Position numbers and translations under genes: made by a program. A stretch of 64,000 bases of DNA from Callorhinchus milii (Eukaryota), in assembly GCF_018977255.1 (NCBI RefSeq), contig NW_024704743.1, positions 110,548,001 to 110,612,000 on the forward strand, read 5' to 3'. Below the pieces are notes generated by a model. It saw only the letters and a program-made list of their open reading frames with translations. It was not told the origin of the DNA and searched no databases. Positions 12,601-26,602 of this stretch are shown here, one piece after another (within the stretch, counting starts at the first letter, position 1; each line of letters opens with the position of its first letter).

Positions 12601-15600
12601 CTACCAAGTTTTAACGGGGTTCCACTGTATGCACTGTATACACAATACAAAAGACAGCTGAAGATTAATTCTCTCTGCACTTATGACATTGTATACATTT
12701 TTAATGAGTAAATATTGTATGAATTCCTACTCTCCGTCAGTTTACCCCAGAAGCATCCAAAAAAACATAACAGGGACGTATAACAAAAAGCAAACTATTT
12801 TAAACACTATTACTGAGAATTAGCCCCTCCCAAACCAATATGTCAGTGTCATTATACAGGTTTAAAACACGCTACTAAATTTGTCATAAATTGTGTGCCC
12901 AAGGTGAGAGTCCTGTAAAAGTTTTCAACTCTTTATATCCAGCATTCTCAGCTGAGAGCAAGCTGCTCACTCTACCATTACTATTCACACAATGGTAATA
13001 AAATGGGCGGAAAAAAATTATCTTAAGGGTTTCACCTTCGAAAAAAGAAGATACACGTAAGTAAGTAGATTAAAAGCTCTAAAAAGCTAACAAAAAGACA
13101 TTATTTACTGTGACATTATCCTGCAAACTTTACCTTGTTAAAAGAAACATTGTCACTGCAAATGGGGCACTCATGAGAAAGAAATCGTAGCGCCGAGTCA
13201 TAATCTAAACTAGATTTTACAGCTTCAATCACATCTTCAACATTGAAATTCTGGTCTTCAAGGTTCACAAGACTCTGGAAGAGGCTGGATTTATCTTGTG
13301 ACACACCAGCAGGTGTTGACAGCAAACTCATCTGTGAATTAAAAACAAAAGTCATAATACGTTGTTTTAAAAAAGCCTTTCTAATCAATCTAAGAAAAAC
13401 ATACTTCACAGGACTGAATTCTCAGCATTTAAAACAACTTACAGGAGGGTTGTGTGTCCACAGAGTATCCTCACTACGCACTAAAACCGCATTAGCACCT
13501 CCAGCCAAATCAGTAATATCATCCCTTGCATTATACGGCTTCAGCTGCATACAGACATCCTTACCATCAATGGTAATTGTATGCCATTCTTGTTGGACAA
13601 CTCTTTCTGCAACTGAAGCAATGAACAGCATTACCAGTCATACAAAGCTTCACACGTTTTATACACACACACACACACACAGTAAACAAAGATGAAGACA
13701 ATTTTCACAATAAGCAAAATAATTCTTAAGATTTCTGTCCAACTTGTCCATATATAAGTAAGATGGTAAGATGCAAGGTTACTGTACATGAAAACTAAAG
13801 TGTAGCATTGGGTACATTGTAGATGAAGAATACAAAGGCAAAATGCTTAAAATATCAAACAAACTAAAATCAGACTAATACTCTGAAGTTAAGTCAAGTT
13901 AACATAAATCACATCATATTAAAGTTAAATTGTCAAATTATTAGTTAAAACCAAAAGCTTGAAGCACAGTGTACCTTGGGCATCCACAAATGTAATAACA
14001 GCACGTCCTGGAATTCTGGTTGGATACTGAAGATGGACTATTTCCCCACCACCATTTTTACTTCTTTGGAAATGTATGGTAACCTTGTCCTTTATCCTGT
14101 GTGCTGAAAAGCCAGCTGGAATTTTAAGCACCTGGACTTTTCGGTTATTCTTACTCGAATTTAACATTTGTGTGTTCCACAAGTTTTTGATGTGTTCTCC
14201 ACCTCCTGATCCAATCTGATCAGACGAAAACATGGCCCGTGCTCCATCTTCAAGAAAGAGGGCAAGTCATTTGAATTCTTAGACGTTGGCACCACATTAT
14301 TATACAAGTAGGTTCATAATGGAAATGTGTGTAACTGTTCTAACAATAACAACAACTTGCATTTATATGGGGCCCTTCACACGGGGTAGCTTTCCGGAGC
14401 ACTTCACAGTGGCCGAGTGTGACCCTGAGCCAGGGGGAGAGGGATGGGGAGGTGACCGTATGCACGATCTAAAAGGAATGTCTTTAGGCTGGATTTGAAA
14501 GTGGGGAGGGAGGGGGTAAGGCGGAGGGATTAAGGGAGAGAGTTCCTGAGTTTCGGGGCGTGGTGGCTGAAGGCACGGCCACAGATGATGGAGCGGAGAG
14601 TGTGGAGTAAGCAAATCGGATAGGTAGGGAGGAGTGAGGGCATGAAGGGATTTGAAAACGAGTGAGAGGTCCTTGATCCGTTCAGTAATTGTGAGCCAGG
14701 GCAGCCTGGCAAGGACTGGTGTGATGGGAGTATGGAGTTTTGTGTGGGTGAGTATCGGTGAGGGGGAGGATAGTTCCAGCAATTTGTTTTAAATGGAGGA
14801 ACAGGGAGGGGGGAAATGCAATTTTTTTTTACAGATTCGATGTATTTCAGAAAAGTATATTATGAAGCAGCGTTCTTTGAATTCATTCTTAAAGACAGAC
14901 TAGGGAACTTAAGTCCCATTCGTAAAGACAGACCCCCTTGAGCATATCAGCCAAGTTAAGTTTAAATTCTAGTTTTAGCTGCACTCAAACGTTAATTGAG
15001 AGCAACAGAGTAACAGCGGCATAGAGTATTCTTTGGGTACAACCATTGTAAAAAAATTAAACTAAATAATTAATTCTCGGGAAGAATGAGGAGGAAAGGA
15101 AATGTTTCACTCCAGAGACTCATAAAAGGAATATTTCCATCTCAGTAAGTCATAAAGTCACAAGAAAAATGATAAGCGGGGGACACAAAAAAGTTATTCA
15201 CCCCACCAATGCTCATCCTCCTATATATTAAAACTTATGGTACTCAATCTTACTCTGAACAACCCCAATGTTATAATTTTTATTATCTTGCTTGTTAAAC
15301 TTGCCAAACATTCTCTTTCTTTTGAATAACAATTTTTTCCCCCAGATATTTATTCTGAATTCCACTAGTTCCTATTTATGGCACTTGAGATTCATTCATT
15401 GGGTTACTTCCAATTTGGCTTTACCTTACCACCTTTATTTCAAGTGTTAAAACCACAGTTCCTCTAATCATTCCTCCCTTCTCATCCCCCTTACCCTTAG
15501 GATAAGTCTTATTGCTCTTTTCGACATGTTTTGTAACACAAGTAAACTCCTGATAACTCATCACTCCAAGGGAAAAGGGCTCAGTGACAAGTTAACCAGA

Positions 15601-18600
15601 GTGGCGAATGAGGCATACGTATAAATACATAAATAAATGCGGCTGGATATTGACGGCATGATGACTTAAGTAGTAGTGACAAGTTAAGCCAGGGTCGAGT
15701 TATCAGCAGTTTATCAAGAATGTGACATGGTGTTCAAAACTGGACACATTCCAAACTAAACGTTGCATTGCACAATTGTTACCTGGTTTATTTAGAGATG
15801 TTTTCATGTTATATGCATTAAGTATTGCATCAAGATTCAAGTTTCCCAAGAGATCTGTAGTTTGTTCTACAGGATCCATTTTAATTTCCACTGCACATGA
15901 TTAAAAAAAATAAGATTGTAAGAGCAAGTTTACAAATGCCTGTACATATCAATTTTATATTTGTTGACGAGAAATAATAGTTTACGCCAGCCCTACGGCA
16001 CAATGCATTGGTACATTGCATAATGAGAAGCAAAAGGCAGGTTCAAGTCTCACTTTCCATAATCCTTTTTATAGGTTAATTATATTGACCCCTAATCCAG
16101 TACTCAGCCACACACCTTCAAGCAGAGATCTGAATAGCAATCAGAAGCAAGCACCAGGCTTTTTTTCTTCACTAAAACAATAACATACAAACAAACAAAA
16201 TGACATGTGTATAGTGCCTTTTATGTCGGAAGTACGTCCCAAGGCCCTGGACAAATCAGTGTTTCAGACCCGAGCTGGAGGTCGCAATAGGGGAGGGTGG
16301 AAGGCAGGGTGGGGGAAAGGAGGGTGATCGAAGGCACAGTCAAAAAGGAAGGTCTTGAGATGGGTCTTGAAGGAGACAAGGCAGGAGACGAGGCAGAGGG
16401 ACTGCGGGATGGAGTTCCAGAGGGTGGGGGCAGAGTGGCTGATGGCCCGTCTGCCAATGGCAGGGCGGGCGAGGCATGGGATGTGAAGCAGGTCAGGATG
16501 AGGATCTTGAACTCCTCTGTGTGATGGGAAACTAGTGGAGTCGGGCGAAGGTGGGGGTGAAAAGCCTGGTGCGGGAGAGGACACGGGCTGCAGAGTTCTG
16601 GATGATCTGCAGTCTGTGGAGGGAGGAGTTGGGGAGGCCGACAAGCAGGAAGTTTGCATAGTCGAGCCTGAATTTTATGAATGCGTGTATGAGGATCTCG
16701 GCGGCCTGCGGTGTGAAACAGTTGTTGAGCTGAGCGGTGGGGAAAGGCGGAGCAGGTCATGGCACGGATGTGGGGTATGAAGGAGAATTGAGGGTCGAAC
16801 AGGACGCCGAGGTTTCATATTGGCTCCGTGAGATGTAGAGTACATCCATGGGGGGAGATGCTGTCAGTGCCCGAGGTATGGAGGCGCTGATGGGAGTCAA
16901 GCAGGAGGGCCTCGCTCTTGTTAACATTCAACTGTAGGAAGTTAGCTCTCATCTAGGACTTGATGTCCGACAGGCAGTCAGTGGGGACAGCAGGGGTCCT
17001 GGAATCGGAAACCCGATTGGAGAAGTTTAGAGAGGGAATGGCGGGAGAGGAAAGAGCGAAGCTGTGACGCGACAACTCGTTCCATGGCTTTGGAAAGGAA
17101 TGGGAGGTTGGAAATGGGGCACTAGCTGGAGAGTAGGGATGGGTCCAGGGAGTTTTTTTGAGGATCGGGGTGATGACAGCTGTCTTTAGGAGAGTTGGAA
17201 CAGTGCCAGTGGATAAGGAAATATCGGTTAAGAGATGGACCAGGAGTTGGAGCTGGGAGATGAGGAGGGGTGGGGATAGGGTCGAGGGAGCAGGTGGTGG
17301 GCTTCATTTTTGAGATGATGGAGGTGACAGACGAGGAGAGACAGGGACAAAGGTATTGGTAGGGATGGGTAGGGGCCGGGGCATGAGGGGGAGGTGGCGA
17401 GGGGGTAGCGGTGGACAGAGGAGAGGTAGCCAATTGAATCCCCTCAATTTTGAATTCGAGGAAATCTAACATCTCCTCGCAGTTGGAATTGGAGGGGAGG
17501 ATGGACAAGGAGCGGGAAAGGGGACCGAGGAGGCGGTTAGTAGTGGAGAAGAGGAGCCTGGGATTATCCTTGGCCTCCAAGATTATCTTGGAGTAAAAGG
17601 ATGATTTGGCAGAGGTGAGGGCGGAGTGATAAATCTTGATGTGGTCAAGCCAGATCTGCCGATGGACCGTTAGGTTTGATTTGCTCTAGGTGCATTCAGC
17701 GGCACGCACTTGTGCTTTGGGGGATTTACAGGAATATGAGGCAGTTCAGGAGTTGAGGGGGGCAAGGGAGTCAAGGATGGAGGAGAGGGAGTTGTGAAGA
17801 AGGGAAATCGAGGAGGGTAGGTCATTGTGAGAGGAGGGCCAGAGGGACAGGAATTCGGATGACGCCAGGACAGTGGAAAGGGAGTGGGGGGAGATTTTTT
17901 CCAAGGGCGTTAGATGATAGAAGTGGGTTAAGCAGGGGGAAGGGGTACAAAGGTGTTAAGGGAGATGAAGTGGTGGTCCAAGATGTAAATATACAATTTA
18001 CATGTACAATTTAATTTCAGGAGGACATCTCAAAGTGCTTCATTGTGCTGGCTGGGCACCCAAGCCAGGTGGAGTGGGAACTGAAAAGGGTGGGGAAGGG
18101 AAAGATGACTGATAACAAGGTCAAAGAGTCTTGAGGCAGGTTTTGAACGTGGGGAGGAAGGGGACAAATCAAAGGCACTTTGAGATGGAGTTCTATAGGG
18201 CAGAATGGCTGAAAGTTTCATCTGGCAATGGTGGGGCAGATAGGGCATGAAGGACATGAAGCAGCCCATTGTTCCCTGAGCAAAGGGGGACAGGTTCAGT
18301 GGGTTCAACTGAGGATGGGGGGATTGATAGGCTAACCCAAAGACACTGACGCCAATTGCAGCCCCTACCTCCTCCAACTGCTGCCTTGTGTGAGATTAGA
18401 TAACTCAGCATAAACCTGCAACCCTTGGCATGTATTCCACCTGAGAATAAGTCACTGGCTGAACTCAGACCTAACAAATTGGCATTAAGTTCTCTGTTAA
18501 TGAGCAGTGAGTTTTATGCATTATTATGTACCTTTTGGACCAGCCTGTTGGAGAGGAAACAGGACAGGAACTTCTGAAAAGGAAAGGTCCAAAGACATCA

Positions 18601-21600
18601 GTTCAGTTATGTAAGATTTTTTTTTAGTTTTGCGTGCAGCATGCTGTCCAGTGGGCAAGGGTGTTTCTCCTGAAACATGTCTCTCTGAAAACATAAAATA
18701 GCACCATAATGAAATAAATCAAGAATTCCATGAAGAGCAAAAGGAGATGTTAGGCACAATTTTTTCACACAGAGTTATTGGGATGTGGCATTTCACATGC
18801 TACCCAAGTCAGTCTTGCAACTTACATTTTTTAAATTTTTCATAAGGACATTGTTTTCTAACTTTCACAAGTTTACTTACTCCTTACAACTATTTATAGT
18901 CTGTTTTTAATTGCTAACAGTATTTTGCTTTGATGACTGAAATACAAGATTCATTAAAAAACCATAATAGATACCATTGTTTCTTGTACCAGTTCCAAGT
19001 AAAGTAGATCTGCTAAGTAACTGCCTGCAACGGCAAAGAGAAAGAGACACATATTCTGTTAGTATTTTCATTCAAAATTTATGATGAAATATTAAGTTTT
19101 ATAACAACTTACAAGTAGAATCACCTGCATTTCTGTAGCTGATTCTGAAATAGCAAAATTAAGATTTTGGTAAAAAAAAGAAAAAAAAATCCAAAAATCA
19201 TGTAAAACGTTATATTATAAAGAAGATAGAAAGTTCTGCAGTAAAAGATCAACTAAGATGTTATACACTGATTTAGTTTTTGTCAGCCGGTGTCTCTCTG
19301 ACACACACAGAAAACAATCCCCATGTTTAAGAGCATCCAAACCAGACTGAGTTCCACCTACACATATAAATTTCCCTGTGCCTAGAATCGAATGAGTACT
19401 CCCTACCTGCAGGGACATTCCTCAAATGTTAGATGCATGTTGGCAAGAACTCAGGGACCCCAGAATGTGTGTTGGGCTAACAGTGAGTTGGTACGCTACC
19501 CTTTCATTGCTGCAACCTGAGTTGAAGACTGATGGGGTGACTGATGGCTATATTAGAATCGATGTAAAAGCAAAATAGACAATCTCAGTCCCAGAGAGAT
19601 GCCAACGGGATAACATTGGCCTAATAATGGCACTAACTAGCAATTTTATTCAGACATGCTCCAAGGAGAGATGGTATCCAGTGAGTCAAACGGAAAATGT
19701 CACACTTGTGCAGCAGTTGGTGTTCTTCTGAAGTTGAAGCTCAGGCACCTTGCTGAGTAAAGACAAAGTGAACCTCGGTTTACATCTAAGCAGCTATATC
19801 TGACATGAAAAGGTTAATGTCAACAATTGATGGTTGAACTGGAAAGATGTTTTTTTCCCCAGCACTGATGCGTTTCATCTTTATCTACTCAAATTCACAC
19901 AAACAAAATTCAAATAACATTTTACAAATTCACCTTGCTTCTGCATAATTACTGGTCCATCCAGCAGGAAAAGAATCGTCACTTTGTTGCTCGTAATTAC
20001 TAAAGGCTGTAACACACAAATGTTTACCATTTTTCATTCATACAATTGCAATTACTTTTTAATGAAACAAATATTTCTTCCAAAACCAGTTTAAAAATAC
20101 ACCTAATGCAAAACATTACAAATGATGCAAATACTGTCGTATATTTTCAGATAATTATAAAATAATAATAATCCTTGCATTTGATATAACGCCTTATCAC
20201 GACTTCGAGACATCTCAAAGCGCTTCACAGAATATACTGTAAAGTGAATTGACCGTATATTTTGTGGGCGAAACGCGGCAGCCAATTGCGCACAGCAGTG
20301 TTCCACAAACAGTTGTGGATGAAGTGACCAAATTATTTTGTATTTATTTTGAAGGTATTACATATGGGTAGATTAGGTTTAATGCATGGTACTGTACAAT
20401 ACAAAGTTTTATACACCAGGAAGGTCCAAGATCCAATCCCTAGTCTGTGTTGAGTTGGCCAATCTAAACCAGGATAGCAGCTGGGTAGCAGTTTATGTAA
20501 CAGGCTCCATAGTGGGATATAAGACAGGATTAAGAGTTTTCACTGTTCCTTGCTACCTAGTAACCACTCCAGGAAAAATGCTCTTGTGCCAACATCTGGG
20601 GAGGGTAAAATCAGACTCAGCTATGACGACTCTCATGTCTGAATTATTTACATGTGAAAAATGGCCATTTGGGAAAACCGATTAAACCCCAAGAACTACC
20701 CGTCAGCAAGTTTCCAAGTGATAGATGTTGATCTACTGGGGCTAAAGAAAATATCCATCTGCCTGGACCATCAGGTCGCCGCTTTAATTTGCAGTTAGTC
20801 ACATTTCTTCTTGGGCACAGAAAGTGCTCAGTGGAGGGAAATTTAATATGGGCCGTTACCCTCATGAAAACACGACAATTGAATAGGTGAGAAAAAAAAT
20901 AGCAACAACAATTCTGTACAGGGTATAAAATACTGACAGGCAAGTCACACTTTACCTTGTGGAATAGTAATCTGCTTTTGGCTAGCAGCAAATTGCATTG
21001 GCGGAGGTACTCTCTCTCCAAATGATATTCTTATATCTTCCAGAAGTCCCACTAGATGTGATGTTGACTAAAGGAAGCATAAAAGATCAAACACATAGCA
21101 GTTGATAACATTGTGCACTTGCTACAGTTCCTTTTATGTAAGATAACAGTTTCATAATACTTAGTTATTACATAAACACAGTGGGCAAGCCAGAGCAGGT
21201 AGAGTTTAAGGTTGCTGGACAAAGACAGTCAAAAACGTAACTCTTTAACAAGGTATTGGAAGTGGGCTGAGGTGCAAGGCAAAGGGATTAGGAGTTCCAA
21301 AAAACACAAATAACAAAGGAAATTGTATTACCTAAAACCTAAAACGTCAATTCATACCAATAGTGTGGTCTAATTCTGACATTCAATTATACTGAAATGC
21401 TTAAATTAACACAATTCAGGTGTAAAATGTACATGAAAGAAAGATTGCTCATATATTTGCACTTAATGAAAGATAAACATTACCGAATCAATTAGTCTGT
21501 AGATCAACTTTCACATATTTTCCAAATTTAAACATTCCTCATGACTGACTAGAAAAAAATATTTAGTATTAGAATTTGCTGTGTGAACATTGATTTATTT

Positions 21601-24600
21601 GCCTCGAGTGTAAAAATTTAGTCTTCCTTACACTTTTCCAGTTGTTCAGATACTGTGAAGTCATCATGTCATTGATATCCACCCAGTTTCCAGTTATCCC
21701 TTTATTCGTTAGTAACCATACAAAGCACTTTGGCATCATATCAGGATGTAAAGTATGTAACCAGATGCACACTGAGATTTTACGAACTCGTCCTAAAACA
21801 TAAACACATTTGCACAATTTTAAGGAGATTGAGGTTTCTTTTATATTCCCCTCTGTCAGTCACACTAAGGCATGCATTAGTTGTGGACAGTAGGATGAGC
21901 AAACTAACAGTTCCTGGCTCCCTCTACCTAAATCACACTGCAACAGGCTTAGTGTTAGGATGTTCTATCAACATGAAAGCACAACATAAATGTAAATTTG
22001 TGTGTGGCTGCCACCTCCATCTTCTGGGTAAATTCTGAGCTTTGCTTCCCATCGCCTAACTGAGATCAGTTACTCACTGGCTAATAAATCAGCGGTTAGA
22101 ACCCACATCCCACCATTCTGGAGTTTGTAGGCAACACCACTATGTCCCATTTGAGGAACTCCTGTTTCTACTGCTTTATATAAAGCTAGCGCTCCAGGGT
22201 GCTATGCTACGCTAAATAAATGCAAATTGTCCTTGTTGTAAATTGGCACAATGGGCAACCAATGCCAGTACAGTGTGGTAAAATGTGGAGTTGTAACCAT
22301 AATCCCCCGTTGTCTGATTTACTTAATCTCAATCCAGATTATCATGGCAGGATGTTGCCAATTATGCAGCACAGGGAATCTGTCAGAAACATTGTCATTA
22401 GGCTACTGTCATTCAAATCCTAGAAGCCATGAGAGCAGCACAGTGTTAACTTTTTCACTGCGCAATTTCCCTGCCCTCTATTTTAGCATGATCCAGGGAA
22501 GGCTAAAATCATGGTCTTCCAATCCTACCTACGGACTCGCCTTTTATAAATAATTCTTACCTTTACATGTCACAGGAATAGTACCTCTCAATCTAACCAG
22601 CTTCTTCTTAACTCCATTTCCATAAGCTGAAAGGAAACAAACAGCTTCTTAAAAGAAGAAAAAATCAACCAAAAGATGTGAAGATATTCATTTTATCAAC
22701 CTCACATAGCAGAAAAGCTAAAAAAAAAAATGACACTCCGATTCAAATGCAGATTTGGTGATTTCCCTATAGGTGTATTAAAGTAACTCCATTACTTACA
22801 GAACAAGTCAAAATCCACAATGAGATCTCTGTATGTTGCTTGTACACTTTCAAATTCTTTAATGATTCTGGCTGGGTACACATACGAACACTACAAAAGA
22901 AAAATATTGCATTTTAATTTGCAACTTTGTACAATGTAATGCTTGTGCAAACACCATTTTTCACACGTGTCTTTCTTAATTTTTTTTGAATTACAATATA
23001 GACACTAACCTACTAAGTAATAAGTATAATGTGCTTACTCCTCCTCTGGGTCCCCATAAGATTAAGCCATTGACATGCATCCACTTCAAATGTGGTGCTT
23101 ATAATGTGACATTGTGCTTCTCACATTGTCACACTTCAAAATATGTCGGTGTGATGCATACTAATGGAGCAGTTATGCTTTTTGAGCACATTTGGATTTT
23201 TGGGGCAATACTGTAAATCTCAGGGTCTATGCCCAATCATACTCTAAGCAAAACTGCATTGAACCAAAACACAACCTTAAATCTGTGAGTCTACACTACT
23301 TGTCCACTGTTCTTTAAGAGGGAATGTTTTCTTAAAATCAAGTTTTTCTTGAGGCTCATTAATTTTTGTGTCAGATTTTCTTGTTTTGTACTCACATTCA
23401 TATTAATGAATCTGTTTGCACCCACAGTATCCATTCATCTGTATTATTAAAAACCTGGATCATGTAAACTGTTTAATAAAAATAATTTGGTCCTCCCAGC
23501 ATAGAGTTCTGAGCCCTATCCTCGTGGATAAATTCTTCATGGGAAATGTAGGTGTCAGCCTGGCTCAGTTGGTAGCTCTCGGCTTGGAGACTGTGGGTTC
23601 GACTCCACACAACAACTTCAAGCTCAAAACCTAAGCTAGGGGAGCTCTGTTTTGTTGGAGATCCCACCCTTTGAATCAGACATTAAACTGAGCTCCCTTT
23701 TGCCTGTTCAGGTGGATGTTAACGATCCTGCGGCACTATTCACTATAGAGAAATGTGAAGTAATTCACTTTGGAGCAAGGAATAAAGCTTACCTCACCCT
23801 GGATGGTAGGAACTTAAGAGGGGAAGAGAAACAAAGGGATCTAGGGATTCAGATTCACAAGTCTCTAAAAGTAGCATAAGTGGATAAGGCCATAAAGAAT
23901 ATAAATAGAGTCCTTGATGCAAGTGAGAGACCTGGGCTTGATTTCCGGCAAAGTGAAACATTGGGCAAGTTTCCTTACTCCACATGCCTGTTTACATAGC
24001 AGTAAGTAGGAACCCGGTTGTTAAGTCGATTGGCGGAACGCTTTTCCACTGGTAATAATCTCTTCCAAAAAAAACATTTGGTCACTCAATCCATGACTGT
24101 TTGTAGGACACTGCTGTGCACAATTGGCTGCCACGTTTCGCCCACAAAAAATACAGTCAATTCACTTTACAGTATATTCTGTGAAGCGCTTTGAGACGTC
24201 TCGAAGGCATGATAAGGCGCTATATCAAATGCAAGGACTATTCCTCCCGACGTGAAATGCATTATACAATGTAATTTGTTCTTGTTGTTGAGTTGGGCCA
24301 AATAGCCTGTTTCCATATTGTAATGTTGTCCAAGTCATTCTGTGTAATTCTATATGATTCAAAAATAAAAGGGAGTTTCTCTTGGTGTCCCACCCAATAA
24401 AATTAGCCATTCACTTTATGGCTGTTTGTGGGATACTGTCGTGTGTAAATTGTCTGCTATGTTAGCCTACATATATACGGGTCACATGTTGCAGTATATC
24501 CTGTAAAGCATTTTGCAGTCGTGTTCATGAGATTCAACCTAGAGAGACATTTGAAGCAGGAAAGTGTTGGTTCTTTCAAACACAGATTATTTTGTTTTCT

Positions 24601-26570
24601 TTTAGGAAATAACATTATGGGTAGTTCATGACATATGTGCATGCGACCCACAGGAAAGTAGAAGGTGAACTAGATGGTCCTTGGTCTTTTTTCGGTCATT
24701 TCTTATGCTCTCATATTAATAATAATTCTGCCATTTGATATAGCGGCTTTCACGGTAGGAGGACAACTCAAACCACTTCGTAGAATTTACTGTAGAGTGT
24801 AGTTACTGTGTTTGTTTATGTTTCAGCTATCTGAGACACTGCCTCGCATGAAGGACACTAAATATGCAAGTTGTTATTATAATAATAATCCTTGCAGTTG
24901 ATATAGCGCTTTTCGCATCTTCGAGATATCTCAAAGCGCTTCACAGAATATACTATAAAATAAATTGACTGTATATTTTGTGGGCGAAACACGGCAGCCA
25001 ATTGCGCACATCAGTGTCCCACAAACAGACATGGATTGAGTGACCAAATTGTTATTGGTTTTTTTTGAGGGATGATTATCAGGCGTGTGGAATAAGGAAA
25101 CTTGCCCAAGGTTTCACCTTGCTGGGAAATAAACCCAGGTCTTGCGAGGCGAGTGCTCTAACCACTGAGCTCCAAGACTCTACTATCATTTTGGTTTCGT
25201 TTGTTTTGATAACCAGTAATATTTCATAACAAATACTTCTTAGGAGATTTATTTGTGTCTTTTGGCTTGATTACATTGGATCATTTTATTTATTTTGTTA
25301 CACCAACAGTTCATTTTGTAGGCAAACATTGCAGCTTCAAATCTTAAAGCAGAGACAGAGGGAAGTCTGCAAACTGAGAGCTCAGGGGCAAAGCTGGCAC
25401 TGCAAACAAACACCATCTCACAAAGAAATCCAGATCAGTTTCAGAGAATGAGTTTAGATAAATTACGATTCAAGGTAAAAGATTCTGTTATATCCAAAGT
25501 TTGTTCTTCAAACATAGATAGTACGCAGTACTTTGCACCCGTAAAGTTTTTCCAAACTACAGCATGATCACTTTGCTCAGTCACGAGCGAGCAACTATTG
25601 AATGCAAATAAATCAACAGCAATAAGGAAATCGCTAAAACAAATTGAAAATTAGACTCCGCTCAATTTCAATCTTTTTTTTAACAAGTTTGCAAAATCAG
25701 GAAACAAAACTCTGAATCTGTAAATGCAGAAATTAAAAATGTCCGATATTGTGGTACAAAATGACCTGACAGACAGATTATTTTCACATCAACCCAGGAA
25801 GAGGCTGAATGGAGTATGTGGAATGCACTACCCCCAGATGGCCAAAGAAGCAACATTAATTGGGATGAATAGAAAGTAAAGAGATCAAGGATTATGGAAA
25901 AACAACAGTGCCCTTCACATGGCGTAGCATCTTGAAACGCTGAACAATGGCATGGTTTGAAAAGTCAAATGAGAAAAAAAAGGAAAATGGGATTAAAAAA
26001 ATACTTGCAGTTGATATAATGCCTTATCACGTCTTCGAGGTGTCTCAAAGCGCTTCACAGAACATACTGCAAAGCGAATTGACTGTATATTTGGTGGGCG
26101 AAACGCGGCAGCCAATTGTGCACAGCAGCGTCCCACAAACAGTCATAACGTGGATGAAATGGTAATCTATTTTTTTGCTCAACAGTCTTTTGATCCATTT
26201 AATGAAAGAACAGCTTCAATAGAAAGCAGTTAAAACATTCAGCCCAAGCTGTTGGCAAAGTTTCGTCTTTCATTGAGGGACCAACGCAAACTGTTCTGAG
26301 CTAGCTGTTGATCTAATAAAATGACAGAACTGGTTTGTTGGGATTAAATCGCTCACTCCTATGGACCAGATCAAGATGAGCGGTTAACGTACAAGCTTTC
26401 AGAAAACAATTAATATCATAAATCGTCTGGCGAACCTGGTGTGGGAGAGATCATGAGCTGTGGAGTACTAAATGAGCTGGAGTGGGAGGGGAAAGTGAAC
26501 CTGGGGTGGGTGGCTGATGAGGAAGGGTTTGCCAAAGTTTATCCTCAAGGTAATTTCAACGGAAGGTGAA

Positions 26571-26602
<32 letters not shown>

